A stretch of DNA of 52,261 nucleotides. Origin: Nemertoderma westbladi. Lineage: Eukaryota > Animalia > Xenacoelomorpha. A model generated the notes under the pieces. It did not search any database. It saw only the letters and a program-made list of their open reading frames with translations, and was not told the DNA's origin. The DNA lies in the NCBI GenBank assembly GCA_032718475.1, contig JAUCBJ010003908.1, positions 1-52,261 on the forward strand, written 5' to 3'. Of this stretch, positions 23,985 to 36,113 are shown in pieces. Each line of letters opens with the position of its first letter. The stretch's first letter is position 1. Both the position numbers and the translations under genes were made by a program.

Positions 23985-26700
23985 CAGTTAGGTAAGGTGC
24001 CACCGATGAGTCCCATAGCACAGGAGTATTTTGACAAACTCAGAGTACCGAGACACCAGGTAGGTTATAGGAATGTTTCTATGTTGATTGGTGCAGAACA
24101 GCTGATCGCACACCAAATATGGGAAACGAGACCAGATGAGCCGCATGTAAATGGACCACATGCCCATAGGACTATATTAGGTTGGTATACAAGAGTACCC
24201 ATGTCTTATGAGTTTACAGGTGGCGACAAGCCAATAGATAGATACGACGGATTACAGCCTATAACTGAACCACCGTTAGTAGAACCACCAGACATAGACG
24301 AGTTTAGGAGAACCTGTATTGACCATTATAGTGACGTTAGCGAGTCAGACGAGGAGTTGATTCCCGATAATGTTAGGTTGTCGGAACCACTTCACAATGA
24401 CCGGACAGATAGTGAACCCGAGGACTACTGTTATCAGACCCATGGGTCTGGTTCATCGGCCCACGCTACCTATTTGAGTAACGTTTTGACTTATACCGAC
24501 ATAGTGGAGGGTCAAGTGGCTAAATATCGAGACCTCGACATTTTCCAATACAGTGAGGAGGAATTGCAGAAGGAATTGATACGCCAGGACCTCGAGACAG
24601 GAGCCAGAACCGTCGAATGGCTGGATAGGGACGCAATGGAACCTGGTGGATATGACCTAGCCATGTCTACTGATGAGAAACGGTCGCTGGAGATGATGGA
24701 AGATACCATACGTCTGCTACCGACTGGACATTTTGAAGTTGGAATGTTGTGGCGTCGACAACCTCCTAAGTTGGAGAACAACTACAGCTTAGCCTTGAAA
24801 AGATTGAACGGGGTAAGGGCTCAGTTGTTGAAGAATCCGGACATTAGGGAGAAGTATTGCGCTCAGATCAACAACTATTTTGCCAAGGGATTTGCTGGGA
24901 AGGTAGAGGACCCTGACTTAGTGACAGACCAGACTTATTACCTCCCACACCACTATGTGACTCACCCTGACAAACCTGACAAAGTCCGAGTAGTCAACGA
25001 CTGCGCAGCAGTCTACAGAGGTATGTCCCTGAATTCAGAGTTGATGGACGGACCCAACCTGAACAATTATTTGATAGGAATACTGTTGCGTTTTAGACAG
25101 CGACGATTCGCATTTACTTGTGACATTGAGGCGATGTTCCACCAGGTAAGAGCCTGTAAGGCAGACCAGGATAGCCTTCGATTTCTCTGGTTTGAGAATG
25201 AAGACTTATCCAGCCCAGTGGTTACATACCAAATGTACGTTAGGATATTTGGTGCCCGCGATAGTCCGAATGGCACGCTGTTTGCTTTAAAGAAAACGGC
25301 AACGGCCCAGATTGGTAAGTATCCAGTAGAGGTTATCGAATCTATATTGAAAAACTTCTACATGGACGACGGATTGGTGTCCAAGGACACAGCGGAACAA
25401 GCCATAGAGGTGGCTCATGGCCTACAGAAGTGCTTGGCTAAAGGAGGATTTCCTCTAACCAAGTTCACTACGAACTCGGAGGCCCTATTAGAGTCGTTCC
25501 CAGTGAAAGATCGCGGGAGCGGATACATTGAATTGGGGGTAGAACCCATCCCCATGGCGCGAGTACTGGGACTCGCTTGGAACCCGAACACGGATAAGTT
25601 CCAGGTAAGAGTTAGATTTGAGCCCAGTAGCCCAGACAAAGTTTTGACAAAGAGAATTTGCTTATCGACATTGAGTAGACTATTTGACCCGATGAACTTT
25701 ATCAGTCCGGTAATATTACAGGCACGAGCGTGCATGAGGAAAATTTGGTTGTCCGACCTAGAGTGGGACGAACCAATATCTCCTATACATGCAAAGCAGT
25801 GGAGAGAGTGGGAAGCCCAGTTACATCTATTGAAAAACATAGATGTACCCCGCTCCTACTTTCCAAATCAGCTGGTGTTTCCAGCTGATCTCGAACTCCA
25901 TTTATTTAGTGACGCAAGTGACACCGGCTTTGGTATGGTAGCCTGGTAAGGTAAGTCAAGACAAGTTTGAGACGGCTTTTGTGACTTCTAGATCAAAGAC
26001 AATGCCGGTCAAATACATGACTGTCCCTCGTGCAGAGTTACAGGCGGCAGTAGTTTCAGTCGTGGTAAGTAAGCAGATAACAGAGGAGTTAGACACGACA
26101 TTGACCTTATTTTATTGGACGGACGCATCCTTAGTGTTAGTATACATTGCAGCCAACAATATTGCACTAAAGACATTTGTGGCCAACAGACGCGCTCAGA
26201 TCGTCGATTTTTCGACGAAGGAACAATGGAGACATTGTCCGGGAGTGTTGAACCCAGCCGACATAACTTCGAGAGGTGCTATGCCGGCGGAATTCTGTCA
26301 GGAAGAGTCGCAGGAGTTTTGGTTGCAATGGACCTGATTTTCTAATGAGGACACAGGAACATTGGCCAGAGCGACTGAAAGTAGTGACCAATCCGATGCC
26401 AGAGGATGCAGAAGTCAAAGTGGAGAAAGTCTCCAAGTCAAAGTCTAAAGCCAAACTCAAGTCATTAGAGCGGCCTGAAGAGTCATTGGAGCGGCCTGAA
26501 GAGTTATTGGAGCGGCCTGTAGACCTGTCAGACCAACAGACTTACATGACTACTAGGTCCAGAAGGGTAGTAAGTTATGACGTAAAACCACCCTTACAGA
26601 CTACCCGAGGGTCACAATTGGTAAGTGACGGACAGAAAATGACCGACACAATGGAGACACCACACTATCCTTGCCAGCCAGAGGTATTGGCAGCACTCAG
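23985..26700 (+). mobile_element. BEL/Pao LTR retrotransposon pol fragment (protease end, RT, RNase H), with stop and frameshifts
   Basis: MLIG..RTILGW, YYLPHH, KVRVVNDCAA, CDIEAMFHQV, FYMDD, LFDPMNFISP, LHLFSDAS, VPRAELQAA, WRHCPGVLNPAD. Confidence 0.95.
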
Positions 26701-27280
26701 TTGTCGTCCCAATTTTCCGATATAAAAAAGGTTGGAGTTGAACGTTTTAAGAATGTTGTAAAACGTTTTTTGAAGGAGGGGCCGACCTTTTTTGAAATCG
26801 ACAGGCTGAAAAAAATTCCAATATCCAAGGATGAAGAGTTCCTTAACAAAACTAACATCTTTATAATTGTTCATATCAAATCTCAATGTGTAGGATTTTC
26901 CTGTTTGCCTGAAATTAATTTTTTATCAATCAGTGGCTTATATTAAGTTTTATATAACTCTCAATGTGTAGGATTTTCCTATTTGCCAGAAATTATTTAA
27001 ACAGTTTATCAATCAGTGGCTTATATTAAGTTTTATATAACTCTCAATGTGTAGGATTTTCCTGTTTGCCTGAAATTAATTTAAACAGTTTATCAATCAG
27101 TGGCTTATTAAGTTTTATATAACTCTCAATGTGTAGGATTTTCCTGTTTGCCTGGAATTAACTTTTTACCAATAACCCCAGAACAAAACTTTTAGTTAGG
27201 TGGAATGCTTTCCTTATATTTTAACAGGCGGACAGACAGACAGACAGATATAATATACTTAGCTAAATATATAATAATAA
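26700..27280. mobile_element. Non-autonomous element with ~95-bp internal tandem repeats and (GACA)n, Helentron/DINE-like
   Basis: tctcaatgtgtaggattttcct repeats at ~26881, 26958, 27042, 27124, then ggacagacagacagacaga at ~27229. Classification is inferred from architecture. Confidence 0.45.
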
Positions 27281-27320
27281 TAATTTGAATCAATTTAAAA
27301 TATTCACAAGTATTCATAAT

Positions 27321-27864
27321 TCACAAGTTATTTAAATCGGAAAAACAGTACAACAAAGTTTTATAACAGCCGAGCGGGTGTTCTTTGGACACGACCTCCC
27401 TGTCCGACACGGTCACCCGTTGTTGGTCTGAACTGTGAACCTGCGCGGGTCTGTTCTTTGCACCTGGCGCGGGACTGTTCTTTGCACCTGGCGCGGGTCT
27501 GTTCTTTGCACCCAGTGCTGGTCTGTTCTTTGCACCCAGCGGGGGTCCGTTCTTTGCACCTGGCGCGGGTCTGTTCTTTGCACCCAGCGCGGGTCCGTTC
27601 TTTGCACCCGGCGCGGTTCCATTCTTTGCACCCGGCGCAGTTACGTTCTTTGCACCCGGCGCATGTCCGTTCTTTGCACTTGACATGGGTCCACTTGAGC
27701 ATGCCGCAGTGCGGTTATTCTTCGCATCCCACTTCGCCTTTAATAGAGCAGCTTCTTCGGGCGTTATTTTCTTTCGACACTCTACGTGAGTCCTACAGAC
27801 CCATTTCAGTCCTTCCATCTCGTATGACTCAATGAGTTCAATGCACTCAGCATGCCCCCATACG
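27321..27864 (-). CDS. Exon fragment: C-terminal half of a PHD-like finger plus 24-bp coding minisatellite
   Basis: Acceptor-like atttttgcag, then VWGHAEC-x12-WVCRTH, followed by about ten PGAKNxxA repeats (27440-27680). Confidence 0.55.
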
Positions 27865-28822
27865 CTGCAAAAATATAAATATGTTTCAATGTAGCACTTC
27901 GTGACACACTGACGGCCCTAAAACGAAATCCGGCCCGGCAAGAAAACTCCCATAGTTTTAATTTTTAAGTTTGGTCGTCAACTTGCATACATTGCCAAAG
28001 ACTGACAGACAGACCGACAGACAGACAGTCTATAGTAGGTAAAACGTTTTCAGTACAATGGATGAACCCAAACCTCATGAAATTTTCAGGAAATGTTCAC
28101 AACATTGATTAGCAATCTTTCAATATTTAATTTTTTTAGAATTATTTGCTTTATAAATTATGTCATAATCATGTGTTAATTATTGATTATTTGATTATTA
28201 TGGCGCGAAATGACCGCAAACACAAAATAAATTTTAGTGGGTTTTAAAAATTGGTTTTATTTAATTAATTCATTTTATGTTAATGAGTAAGTGTAGGGTC
28301 AAAATCACTAAAAGTGGCTAAAATTAGGTTGGAATTTTCGTCAATTTTTTTTGTTTTATAACCTATAAACATATATGATGAACATGAGCAGCTATTAAAT
28401 TTTACTTTACTAGCTCTATTTGTGTTTTAATTTAAGTCCCCCCTGTATTGCAATGTATATTGCCCTTTTGGTATAGTACAGTATAGAGCCTGTAATGGAG
28501 GGACGCATTATAGGGGGGACATTTCCTTCTTGTTTTTTATCTCTTATTTCAATAAACCTCTACATATTTTATAATGTTTGGGCAAGTTGAAAACAAAACA
28601 ATTATTAACGATTTGATTAATAAAATTATTAAATGGCAAAGGATATTACTGATTGTTCAATTCCTTAAATACCAAATAATGCTGTTCATTTTAAGATATA
28701 ACTTATTGGAAATGATCGAGTTACAGCGTGTCTAATGTTTTTATTTAGTTTTGGCCAATTATAGTGATATTTACCCGTTAATGATTAACTGTTAATTGTA
28801 TACTGGTAATAATTATTATTAT

Positions 28823-30529
28823 TTACTTATATCTTATTAATCTTATTATTAATCTTATTAAAGGTCTAGCGCGTATGTTAACATCATGTACCATGCGACG
28901 GACAAGATCCGCTCTATTGTCCGGAGGTTCAACGAGTATACCATCGACATGAGCGGCTTCGATGGGTGGACGTTGCAACATGGGAGCGTCAGCGATAAGA
29001 TCTCTAGATCTTAGGTTGATATCAACCGGTTGGGGTTGTATCGTCGCAAAGAGTTTGTCTCCGAAATGGGGAACCATCGAGGGATGAAGGATGGTTTTAG
29101 AGTAGAGATCCGTCATAAGGATTTGAGCTTCGGGTTGAGCTAAAGCTGCTTCTTCTCTCTCATCTAGTTCTATATGTCTCTCCTCGAGCTGATTTTCCTC
29201 CGCTTGTTGTTGTAGACGCTCATCTAGGAACTCTTGTAAAGAGTAGGTTCGTCCACGTTCGATGTCCTCCTCGAGATTTTGTATTTCTCTATCGAACTGG
29301 GGTAAAGCTAATTCCTTCACCGCTTGGACTTGTTGTTGCAATTTACGTTTCTCCAAACAATCGTAAGTTCCCTTTCCAATTTTCTGCCGAATAGTGTCTA
29401 ACGCGTTTCGTACAACGCTCTCTTCGACTTCCGTAACGGGTTGGATCAAGGTGAAGCCGGGACGGTTGTGCGGGTTAAACGGCGATATTAGATGACCGCG
29501 TCCCAATCCAGCTAGGTAGGGTTGGCGAATATCTAGCGAGCCTACTACCGGAGTACCACCGATCAACTGTTCGGGTAACACTAGATCTTTGAACAGTGAG
29601 TACAGTTCGGGAGGATCCGTGATACTATTAGGACCAAGAGTCTGAGGTCTAACTGAGGAATGAGGAGGTCTGACCGAGTATTCCGGAACTCTGATCATTG
29701 GTTTGTTCAAGGATCGTTTGAGTCGAGCGACCGTAGGGGATACGTCGAACAGGTTTCGCTCGAAACTCCCATAAGTATATCGTGTAAAACTGTGTTTAGC
29801 GCAACGTCTCTGCGGATGTTTATGTCTTTCTGTTTGCTGATTGGGTATAGGGCATTCGTCGCAGTAATACCAAAGACGCACGTCCTGCAGGGGAAACGCG
29901 GGTGATCGTTCTCCAGTTTTACAATATTCCTCCATCTGTTCGAAGCTATCTGGGACGACAGGTAGCGGTTGATCGGCGGTAAGATACATCATAGTGAAAT
30001 AGAGTCGTTTGAGTTCTATCATAGGGTCATGATGTATACCTTGAGGATATCGAGTTTCGAGATTTTGTTGACTGGCAATATTGAGGTATGTCTCTCTCAA
30101 GAATTCCAGATAATCGTTGAAGTCGCTGCGTTTATCCGGCTCTTCAACGTCTTCCCTTTCGAGTCTGTTTCTAATAGAGTTCTCGTGTTCTATTCTCGGT
30201 TTATCGTTCCGACTCCGCTGGGTATGATATTTAAATAAAACCATTTCCCTTTCGGTGTCTACGTCGTCCGTATCGTGTAAATCGATAGGATGGCCAGTAG
30301 TTAAGAAGTCCATATATATACCATTACGATGCGTATAGCGAGCGGTGAACTTTCGATAGTCCAATTCACGCGTAAGTTGCTCCTGGGACATTGGCGGTTC
30401 GATATAACGACCATCATCCTCCGTAGTAGTTGGACCAGCGTCGCCGCGTATCAAGCTATCAACAAACGCTTGTAAAGGTAGAGTATATTGCTCCCTGATA
30501 CCAAGATCATCTTCTATCAACTCAGTCAT
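28823..30529 (-). CDS. Orphan intronless 568-aa protein downstream of BEL pol
   Basis: Uninterrupted ORF with ATG. Cys/His cluster CDEC-x9-HxH-x4-CxxH and an acidic coiled coil near the C-terminus. No recognisable family. Confidence 0.75.
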   Translation of the reverse strand: MTELIEDDLGIREQYTLPLQAFVDSLIRGDAGPTTTEDDGRYIEPPMSQEQLTRELDYRKFTARYTHRNGIYMDFLTTGHPIDLHDTDDVDTEREMVLFKYHTQRSRNDKPRIEHENSIRNRLEREDVEEPDKRSDFNDYLEFLRETYLNIASQQNLETRYPQGIHHDPMIELKRLYFTMMYLTADQPLPVVPDSFEQMEEYCKTGERSPAFPLQDVRLWYYCDECPIPNQQTERHKHPQRRCAKHSFTRYTYGSFERNLFDVSPTVARLKRSLNKPMIRVPEYSVRPPHSSVRPQTLGPNSITDPPELYSLFKDLVLPEQLIGGTPVVGSLDIRQPYLAGLGRGHLISPFNPHNRPGFTLIQPVTEVEESVVRNALDTIRQKIGKGTYDCLEKRKLQQQVQAVKELALPQFDREIQNLEEDIERGRTYSLQEFLDERLQQQAEENQLEERHIELDEREEAALAQPEAQILMTDLYSKTILHPSMVPHFGDKLFATIQPQPVDINLRSRDLIADAPMLQRPPIEAAHVDGILVEPPDNRADLVRRMVHDVNIRARPLIRLIIRLIRYK

Positions 30530-31350
30530 ATCTGCTATGAGTTTATCAATATTTTAATGAGTTTATATATTAGGCTAGCGGGCGTCGCTGCCTACCCCTC
30601 TTTTGCCCCCGGACAGTGCAAGATCCTCAGCGCCGATGTACCGTCGTCGCTGTGCTTTCGCCAACGATGTAGCTACACAACGACAACGATAACCGGCACA
30701 AGTCACTCCACTGTCCGTCCCAAAGGCTTAGATGTACTTCAGGTTCTTTCTGGAGAGTTAGGGCTACTTTCACAATTGCGACTAGCTACTGTAAACACAC
30801 TTTAGCAGTAACATTCACCTATGAACGCACAAATTCAACACAACTGCCACAAACTGTACACATTCGGGCTATTTGTCCATTAGTCAGTACCTTCCAGAAT
30901 GTCACTTTATTTATTATGTATCCTTGGATACTAGCAGTGCGCTATTTATTCCCTATGCTATTCAATGGGGCAAGCTTTCTATTGTTCTTTTAACTCACTT
31001 CTAATTCTAGCGTGGTTGTTGCCATGGTGACATTATGGAAAGCTAGCGGTAGAATTAGGGTAATTCTCATGCATACAGATCTGGGATGCTATTTAATAGT
31101 AATTCTTTAATTGTCAATATCCTCTCTATACATGATTTTATGAATTTTATCGGCTATTGACTATATATTGGAGATTCTCGCATACCAATACACTTAATAG
31201 AGTGAATCTCCGCTCTCATGATCTATTAATTAATGGAATTTTGGGAATGTTATAAATTGTATAAAATGACAATTTATGAAATTCATTGAAATATATGAAT
31301 TTAAATTTATTCCCGTAAATTTTATTATTTAATGTTAAATAGACGTAATT

Positions 31351-31620
31351 TTATTCCAGAACGTGTCTGGGGACTGGGATCCTAGATTCTAGGAATTTTG
31401 TCTTTTTAAGAGTATCGGTAAGTGCTACGATATCTTAATCGACTAGAACTTTAAAGGATCTAAAATTTGACAGATTTTGTAAATATTAATAATTAATATT
31501 TAGAATGGGCACCAGTTTATTCCAGAACTTGTCTGGGGACGTTAACCACGGATTCTAGAATTTTGTCTTTCAAGTATATCGGTGGGTGCCGCGATATCTT
31601 AATCGACTAGAATTACAGAT
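31351..31620. repeat. Two diverged direct repeats, period ~166 bp
   Basis: tttattccagaac.tgtctggggac...cgatatcttaatcgactagaa at 31351 and 31517. Confidence 0.8.
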
Positions 31621-32140
31621 GGTCAAAGGGTTTAACAGATTTATTTTGCGTTATACGCTACTGTTAAAAGGACATCACGCTACTATATGTATTATTTAAT
31701 ATACGGTATGAGAGCAATATCGCACGAAGCAATGTCAGTGAGAAGAGGCAAGTCGTTTCCAAGGTCTACCCAGAGCTTGGTTTAGCCGAGACACGAGGAT
31801 CTGAATTTTGCATTCCTAATACTCTGCCTACCAATAATACTTAAATATAGTAGGAGCTTTATTGTACTTTAATAAGTACGGACATTTCATCTTACTGTAG
31901 TTACGTATTTGTAATGTAATACGGACAGTAAGGAAGGAGAAAAATAATTATTTCTCGCCGTCGCACTAAATATATAATGTATAAGTAATTAAGTAATAAA
32001 CGCGAATATATATTGCACTAATCTACTAAATAATCGCTAAATAACGTTCTACTAAGTAAAATTAAAGAAAACGATTATAATAAAATTACATAATAATATA
32101 TACATAAATATAAAAGAATAAAACAAATATAAAATCTAGT

Positions 32141-32158
32141 CATACACCCACTCCAGCC
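32141..32158 (-). promoter_or_regulatory. Putative polypurine tract and TG start of the 3' LTR
   Basis: Minus strand reads TAA-caac-GGCTGGAGTGGG-TGTATG immediately after the integrase stop, the usual BEL arrangement. Confidence 0.55.
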
Positions 32159-32162
32159 GTTG

Positions 32163-35100
32163 TTAAGTTGGGGAGTCCCGAGATGTTTGTTGGATTAGGG
32201 AGGTGGTCGTGGGAAGAGTATCTTGCCTCCCATAGTTTCTGGAGAGTTCTCTGTCTCTTTCCAGTAAACATAAGCGACCAACTGGGCGATTGAGCTGCTG
32301 TGTCTCGAAGACAATTCCCGGTTTCTTGAAGTTACGTCGCATGACGACGAGTTCTACCGATCGCACCAAACCATCATCCGAGATGTGAGTCTCGATGATA
32401 CGACCTGTCTGCCACCGCTTACGTGGAAGATTTACATCCACAATAAGAACCATGTCTCCAGCGCTGACGTTTTCTTGCTGCGCAAACCACTTAGTTCGAA
32501 GTTGTAGCGTGGGCAGATAATGTTTTTCGAAATGGTCAGCGAAATGACGGGATAACAACTGCATGAGTTGCCAAGTTTGCCAGCAGTATTCGTCTCCGTC
32601 TGTGATTTCCGATTGTGGGAGCATGGCTACAGGTTTCTTTAGTAGGAAATGCGTGGGTGTTAGCGCTTCCAGGGAATCGGGACTCGATGAGACTGGCATA
32701 AGCGGTCTCTCGTTGAGATAGGCGGCGATTTCCTCCATTAACGTCCGCAAAAGTTCGTCGGTGAGATACGTGCGGCAAGGCACTATAAAGTGAAATGCTG
32801 TCTTCACACTTCTTATTAATCTCTCCCAACTTCCTCCCCACCAAGGGGCGTCGGCGGCGTTGAAGGTCCAGCTAGACGCTGTTACTCGTAGCTGATCGTC
32901 CACCTGTCTTTGGTTCCAATCTTTAACGTAAGCTTTGATTTCATTGTTGGCACCAATGAAGTTTGTTCCCTTATCAGATCTCATCGTGTTACTAGTGCCA
33001 AAGCGAGCGATCTGTCGTCGTAAGCTTAATAGAAAGCTGTTGGTAGATGAATCGTTCACCATGTCGAGATGGATAGCTCTACAAGTCATACAAACAAAGA
33101 TGACACACCATCTCTTGACTATAGTCCCAGCACGATATACTTCAATAGGGCCAAATAAATCCACACCGGTATTAGTAAAGGGTGGTTCATAGAAGCTTAC
33201 TCGTTCCCTAGGTAATTCTGCCTCTCGCTGTGTTAAAGGCCTACTGAATGCTTTCCTACAGGGTATGCAGTTCCTAAGAACTTGGTTCAGAGCTCTACGG
33301 GGTTTATAAAAATAATAGCGAGTTCGAATTTCGCTAAGAACTCGTTCCCTACCAGCATGATAAAGTTTGCTGTGAACGTCTACAATCATCTTGACTTGTA
33401 TTTCAAGATTTCTAATGAGTATGGAAAACTTAGTGTCAAAGGATAATGGAGCATTCGTTAATCTTCCTCCAACACGTATCAACCCATCTATCATTGTGCT
33501 AGAGAAACGATCCCTTAAGAGCATCTGTGGATTTCTCAACAACAGGAAATACTTATCGGAATCCTCATAGCATTGCAGGAGTCTCAGCATCTGCTTGTTG
33601 GTTTCTTCATGCTCCTGATAACTGATCTTCTCCTTCAGAAACCTGTCGGGTATCTTATATTTGGGAAGATCTTTAATAACATGGACCTGCACTGATGTTA
33701 TTGGAGCGGTATCACCTTTGGCCTTCATCCCGGAGTAGTGATGGTGAAAACATCTCTTTAAATATGTAACGGCCTTACAGAGCCGATTCCAGGAACTGTA
33801 GTGATGTATCGCTCTCTGCAGAAGAGGTGAGAGTCCTTGCGAGACGTCTGGTATTCCAGATTTCCAATCCTTCTCACGGATTTCTACAACAAGTTTATTT
33901 GTGGCTGTGGGTTTCTGATCCAAAGCGTCGTCTCCGGAAGTATGTAGTACAGACAGATCTACCATAGGTTTGAATAACTTCGAATTACTCGCCCGAGTTT
34001 TAGGTTTGACTTTCTCCGCTCCCTTGGCCTGTCTAATCTCTGCTGTAGTAAGATGAGGAGGCCATTCTTCTTCTTCTTTGTAGAGGAAGTCGGGTCCACC
34101 TAACCAGTCTGGAGTGTCTACCAGTTCTTGTGGAGTTGCTCCCCTGGAGGCGATGTCTGCTGGATTAATCGTTCCGGGGCAATGTCTCCATTGATCCATC
34201 GTTGTGCGACTGAGTATAATGGCTACTCTGTTGGTAACGAAGACGCTGAACTGACAGACTTCATTGGTTATATACTCCAACACGAGTAAAGCATCGGTCC
34301 AATAGACAGTTTTCTCCAGTGGATAGTCGATCTGTTCTGTTACATTCCGGCCGATGGCTGTAGCGTATAGAGCCGCCTTTAACTCCGCTCGAGGAACTTT
34401 CAACTTGTTGTTTATCAGTGCCTTAGAGGTAACCAAGGCGACTTTGATTCCGTCCGGAGTTTCCACCCTTAGGTAGGCTACTATACCTATTCCCATATCG
34501 CTGGCGTCTCCAAACACATGGAGTTGATAGGAATACGTAGGGAGAACATGACCAAAATATGAACGGGAAATTATAAAGTTCTCGATGGCTGGTAGAGAAT
34601 CTTCCCATTTCATCCACTTCTTTAACAATTCTCCCATAAGTGGATCATCCCATGAGTGGTTTTCAAGCCACATTTGTTGTACTAAACTCCGAGCAATCAA
34701 TATAACTGGGCTAATAAATCCCAATGGATCGAAATAAGTGCTCAGGATACTTAAACAAATCCGTTTAGTCCGAACTGGATTATCTCGCTGTTTTAGTTGG
34801 AAAAACAGGATATCTCTTTCGGTGTCCCATTTCAAACCAAGGGTCTTAGTTTCTGGGAGATCATCTTTTATTAGATCCAGGTCTTTCGCTCCTCGATCTT
34901 CTACCGGGATCGACTCCAGAAACTCACGGGAGTTGCTGGTGAATTTAGTTAATCGAAATCCACCTCTTTTTAAGCACTCTACCGTTCCTTTAGCGACATC
35001 GATGGCTTCTTCGACTGATGGAAGGGACTTTAGATTGTCGTCCATGTATATATCCCGTTTGATGTTGTCAATCACCTCTTTAGAGAAGGCGTCTCGGTTG

Positions 35101-36083
35101 TCATCCGCAGTGGTGCGCACCACTGAACAGGCGTTTGAAGGGCTTGAGATTATCCCAAAAGCCTGGATGGTCATCCAGTACTCCACCGGTTTCTGGTTGA
35201 GGTCTCCTTCAGGCCACCACAGAAATCGTAGGCTGTCTCGATCCCTATCCAGCGCCTTGACTTGTAAGAACATGCCTTCTATATCTGAGGCGAAAGCAAT
35301 TGAATATTGTCTTAATCTTAAGAGTATTCCCAACAAGGATTGGAGTAAGTTGGGTCCGGGTAACAATTCAGAATTAAGGGATTGGCCCATATAGAGGGCG
35401 GAGCCGTCAAACACCACTCGTACCGCATGGGGTTTACCGGGTTTGGGAACGTAATGGTGAGTTAAATAATACGTTCTCTCAGTTAGAGGTGTTTCTTTCG
35501 GTACTAGCTCCGCATATCCCTTGCTAATAAATTTCTTCAACTGCGTTTGATACATTTCTTTAGCTGAAGAATTTGCCGTAAGGCGTCGATGTAGTTGAGC
35601 AATTCTTTTCTCCGCCAAGGGTCTGTTGTTTACGAACTTTGGTTCTCGCTTTCGAAAAGGTAGACCGATCTCATATCTACCTTGATCTTTAAGAAAACGT
35701 GTAGTTGTCTCTTGGATCTGCTTGGCTCTTTCTTCCTCTACCGATAGGGCCTTATCGTAGGAATTAGGCTCTACAGCCTCTTGAGTAAAGAATCGTACGG
35801 CGTGTTCATCCTGAGTCTTGGCATTATAACGTTCAATGACGTCATTAAGTTCGTCGTTATAGTCGTCTCGCTCTGATGGAAGAAGGAGCTGACATAAGTT
35901 CACTTGGTTTTGCCAAGTCTCGTTTTCCTTAAGGAGATCAATGGTATTCTCCTCGTCGAAAAGTTGGTGGACATCGTCATTATCTGAGGAGTATGGTGTT
36001 CCCTCAGTTGGATCGTCTAACTCACTGCCCTCGACTTCCCATTCTCTCACTTGACATACCTGGTCTTTCGGTAATCTTTCCAT
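32163..36083 (-). CDS. pol: BEL/Pao pol: RT, RNase H, integrase
   Basis: ASDIEGMF, YMDD, LHVFGDAS, H..HAGRE..CIPC zinc motif, GVDLFGP, SDKGTNF, GGSWERL (DDE), DDGLVRSV. Confidence 0.97.
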   Translation of the reverse strand: MERLPKDQVCQVREWEVEGSELDDPTEGTPYSSDNDDVHQLFDEENTIDLLKENETWQNQVNLCQLLLPSERDDYNDELNDVIERYNAKTQDEHAVRFFTQEAVEPNSYDKALSVEEERAKQIQETTTRFLKDQGRYEIGLPFRKREPKFVNNRPLAEKRIAQLHRRLTANSSAKEMYQTQLKKFISKGYAELVPKETPLTERTYYLTHHYVPKPGKPHAVRVVFDGSALYMGQSLNSELLPGPNLLQSLLGILLRLRQYSIAFASDIEGMFLQVKALDRDRDSLRFLWWPEGDLNQKPVEYWMTIQAFGIISSPSNACSVVRTTADDNRDAFSKEVIDNIKRDIYMDDNLKSLPSVEEAIDVAKGTVECLKRGGFRLTKFTSNSREFLESIPVEDRGAKDLDLIKDDLPETKTLGLKWDTERDILFFQLKQRDNPVRTKRICLSILSTYFDPLGFISPVILIARSLVQQMWLENHSWDDPLMGELLKKWMKWEDSLPAIENFIISRSYFGHVLPTYSYQLHVFGDASDMGIGIVAYLRVETPDGIKVALVTSKALINNKLKVPRAELKAALYATAIGRNVTEQIDYPLEKTVYWTDALLVLEYITNEVCQFSVFVTNRVAIILSRTTMDQWRHCPGTINPADIASRGATPQELVDTPDWLGGPDFLYKEEEEWPPHLTTAEIRQAKGAEKVKPKTRASNSKLFKPMVDLSVLHTSGDDALDQKPTATNKLVVEIREKDWKSGIPDVSQGLSPLLQRAIHHYSSWNRLCKAVTYLKRCFHHHYSGMKAKGDTAPITSVQVHVIKDLPKYKIPDRFLKEKISYQEHEETNKQMLRLLQCYEDSDKYFLLLRNPQMLLRDRFSSTMIDGLIRVGGRLTNAPLSFDTKFSILIRNLEIQVKMIVDVHSKLYHAGRERVLSEIRTRYYFYKPRRALNQVLRNCIPCRKAFSRPLTQREAELPRERVSFYEPPFTNTGVDLFGPIEVYRAGTIVKRWCVIFVCMTCRAIHLDMVNDSSTNSFLLSLRRQIARFGTSNTMRSDKGTNFIGANNEIKAYVKDWNQRQVDDQLRVTASSWTFNAADAPWWGGSWERLIRSVKTAFHFIVPCRTYLTDELLRTLMEEIAAYLNERPLMPVSSSPDSLEALTPTHFLLKKPVAMLPQSEITDGDEYCWQTWQLMQLLSRHFADHFEKHYLPTLQLRTKWFAQQENVSAGDMVLIVDVNLPRKRWQTGRIIETHISDDGLVRSVELVVMRRNFKKPGIVFETQQLNRPVGRLCLLERDRELSRNYGRQDTLPTTTSLIQQTSRDSPT

Positions 36084-36113
36084 GAGAGTTCTACGGGAAG
36101 GGCCAGTAAAGTA

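Noticed and set aside
34738-35394. Antisense ORFs over BEL, RTE and array coding regions
   Set aside because: Shadow frames of real coding strands with no motifs.
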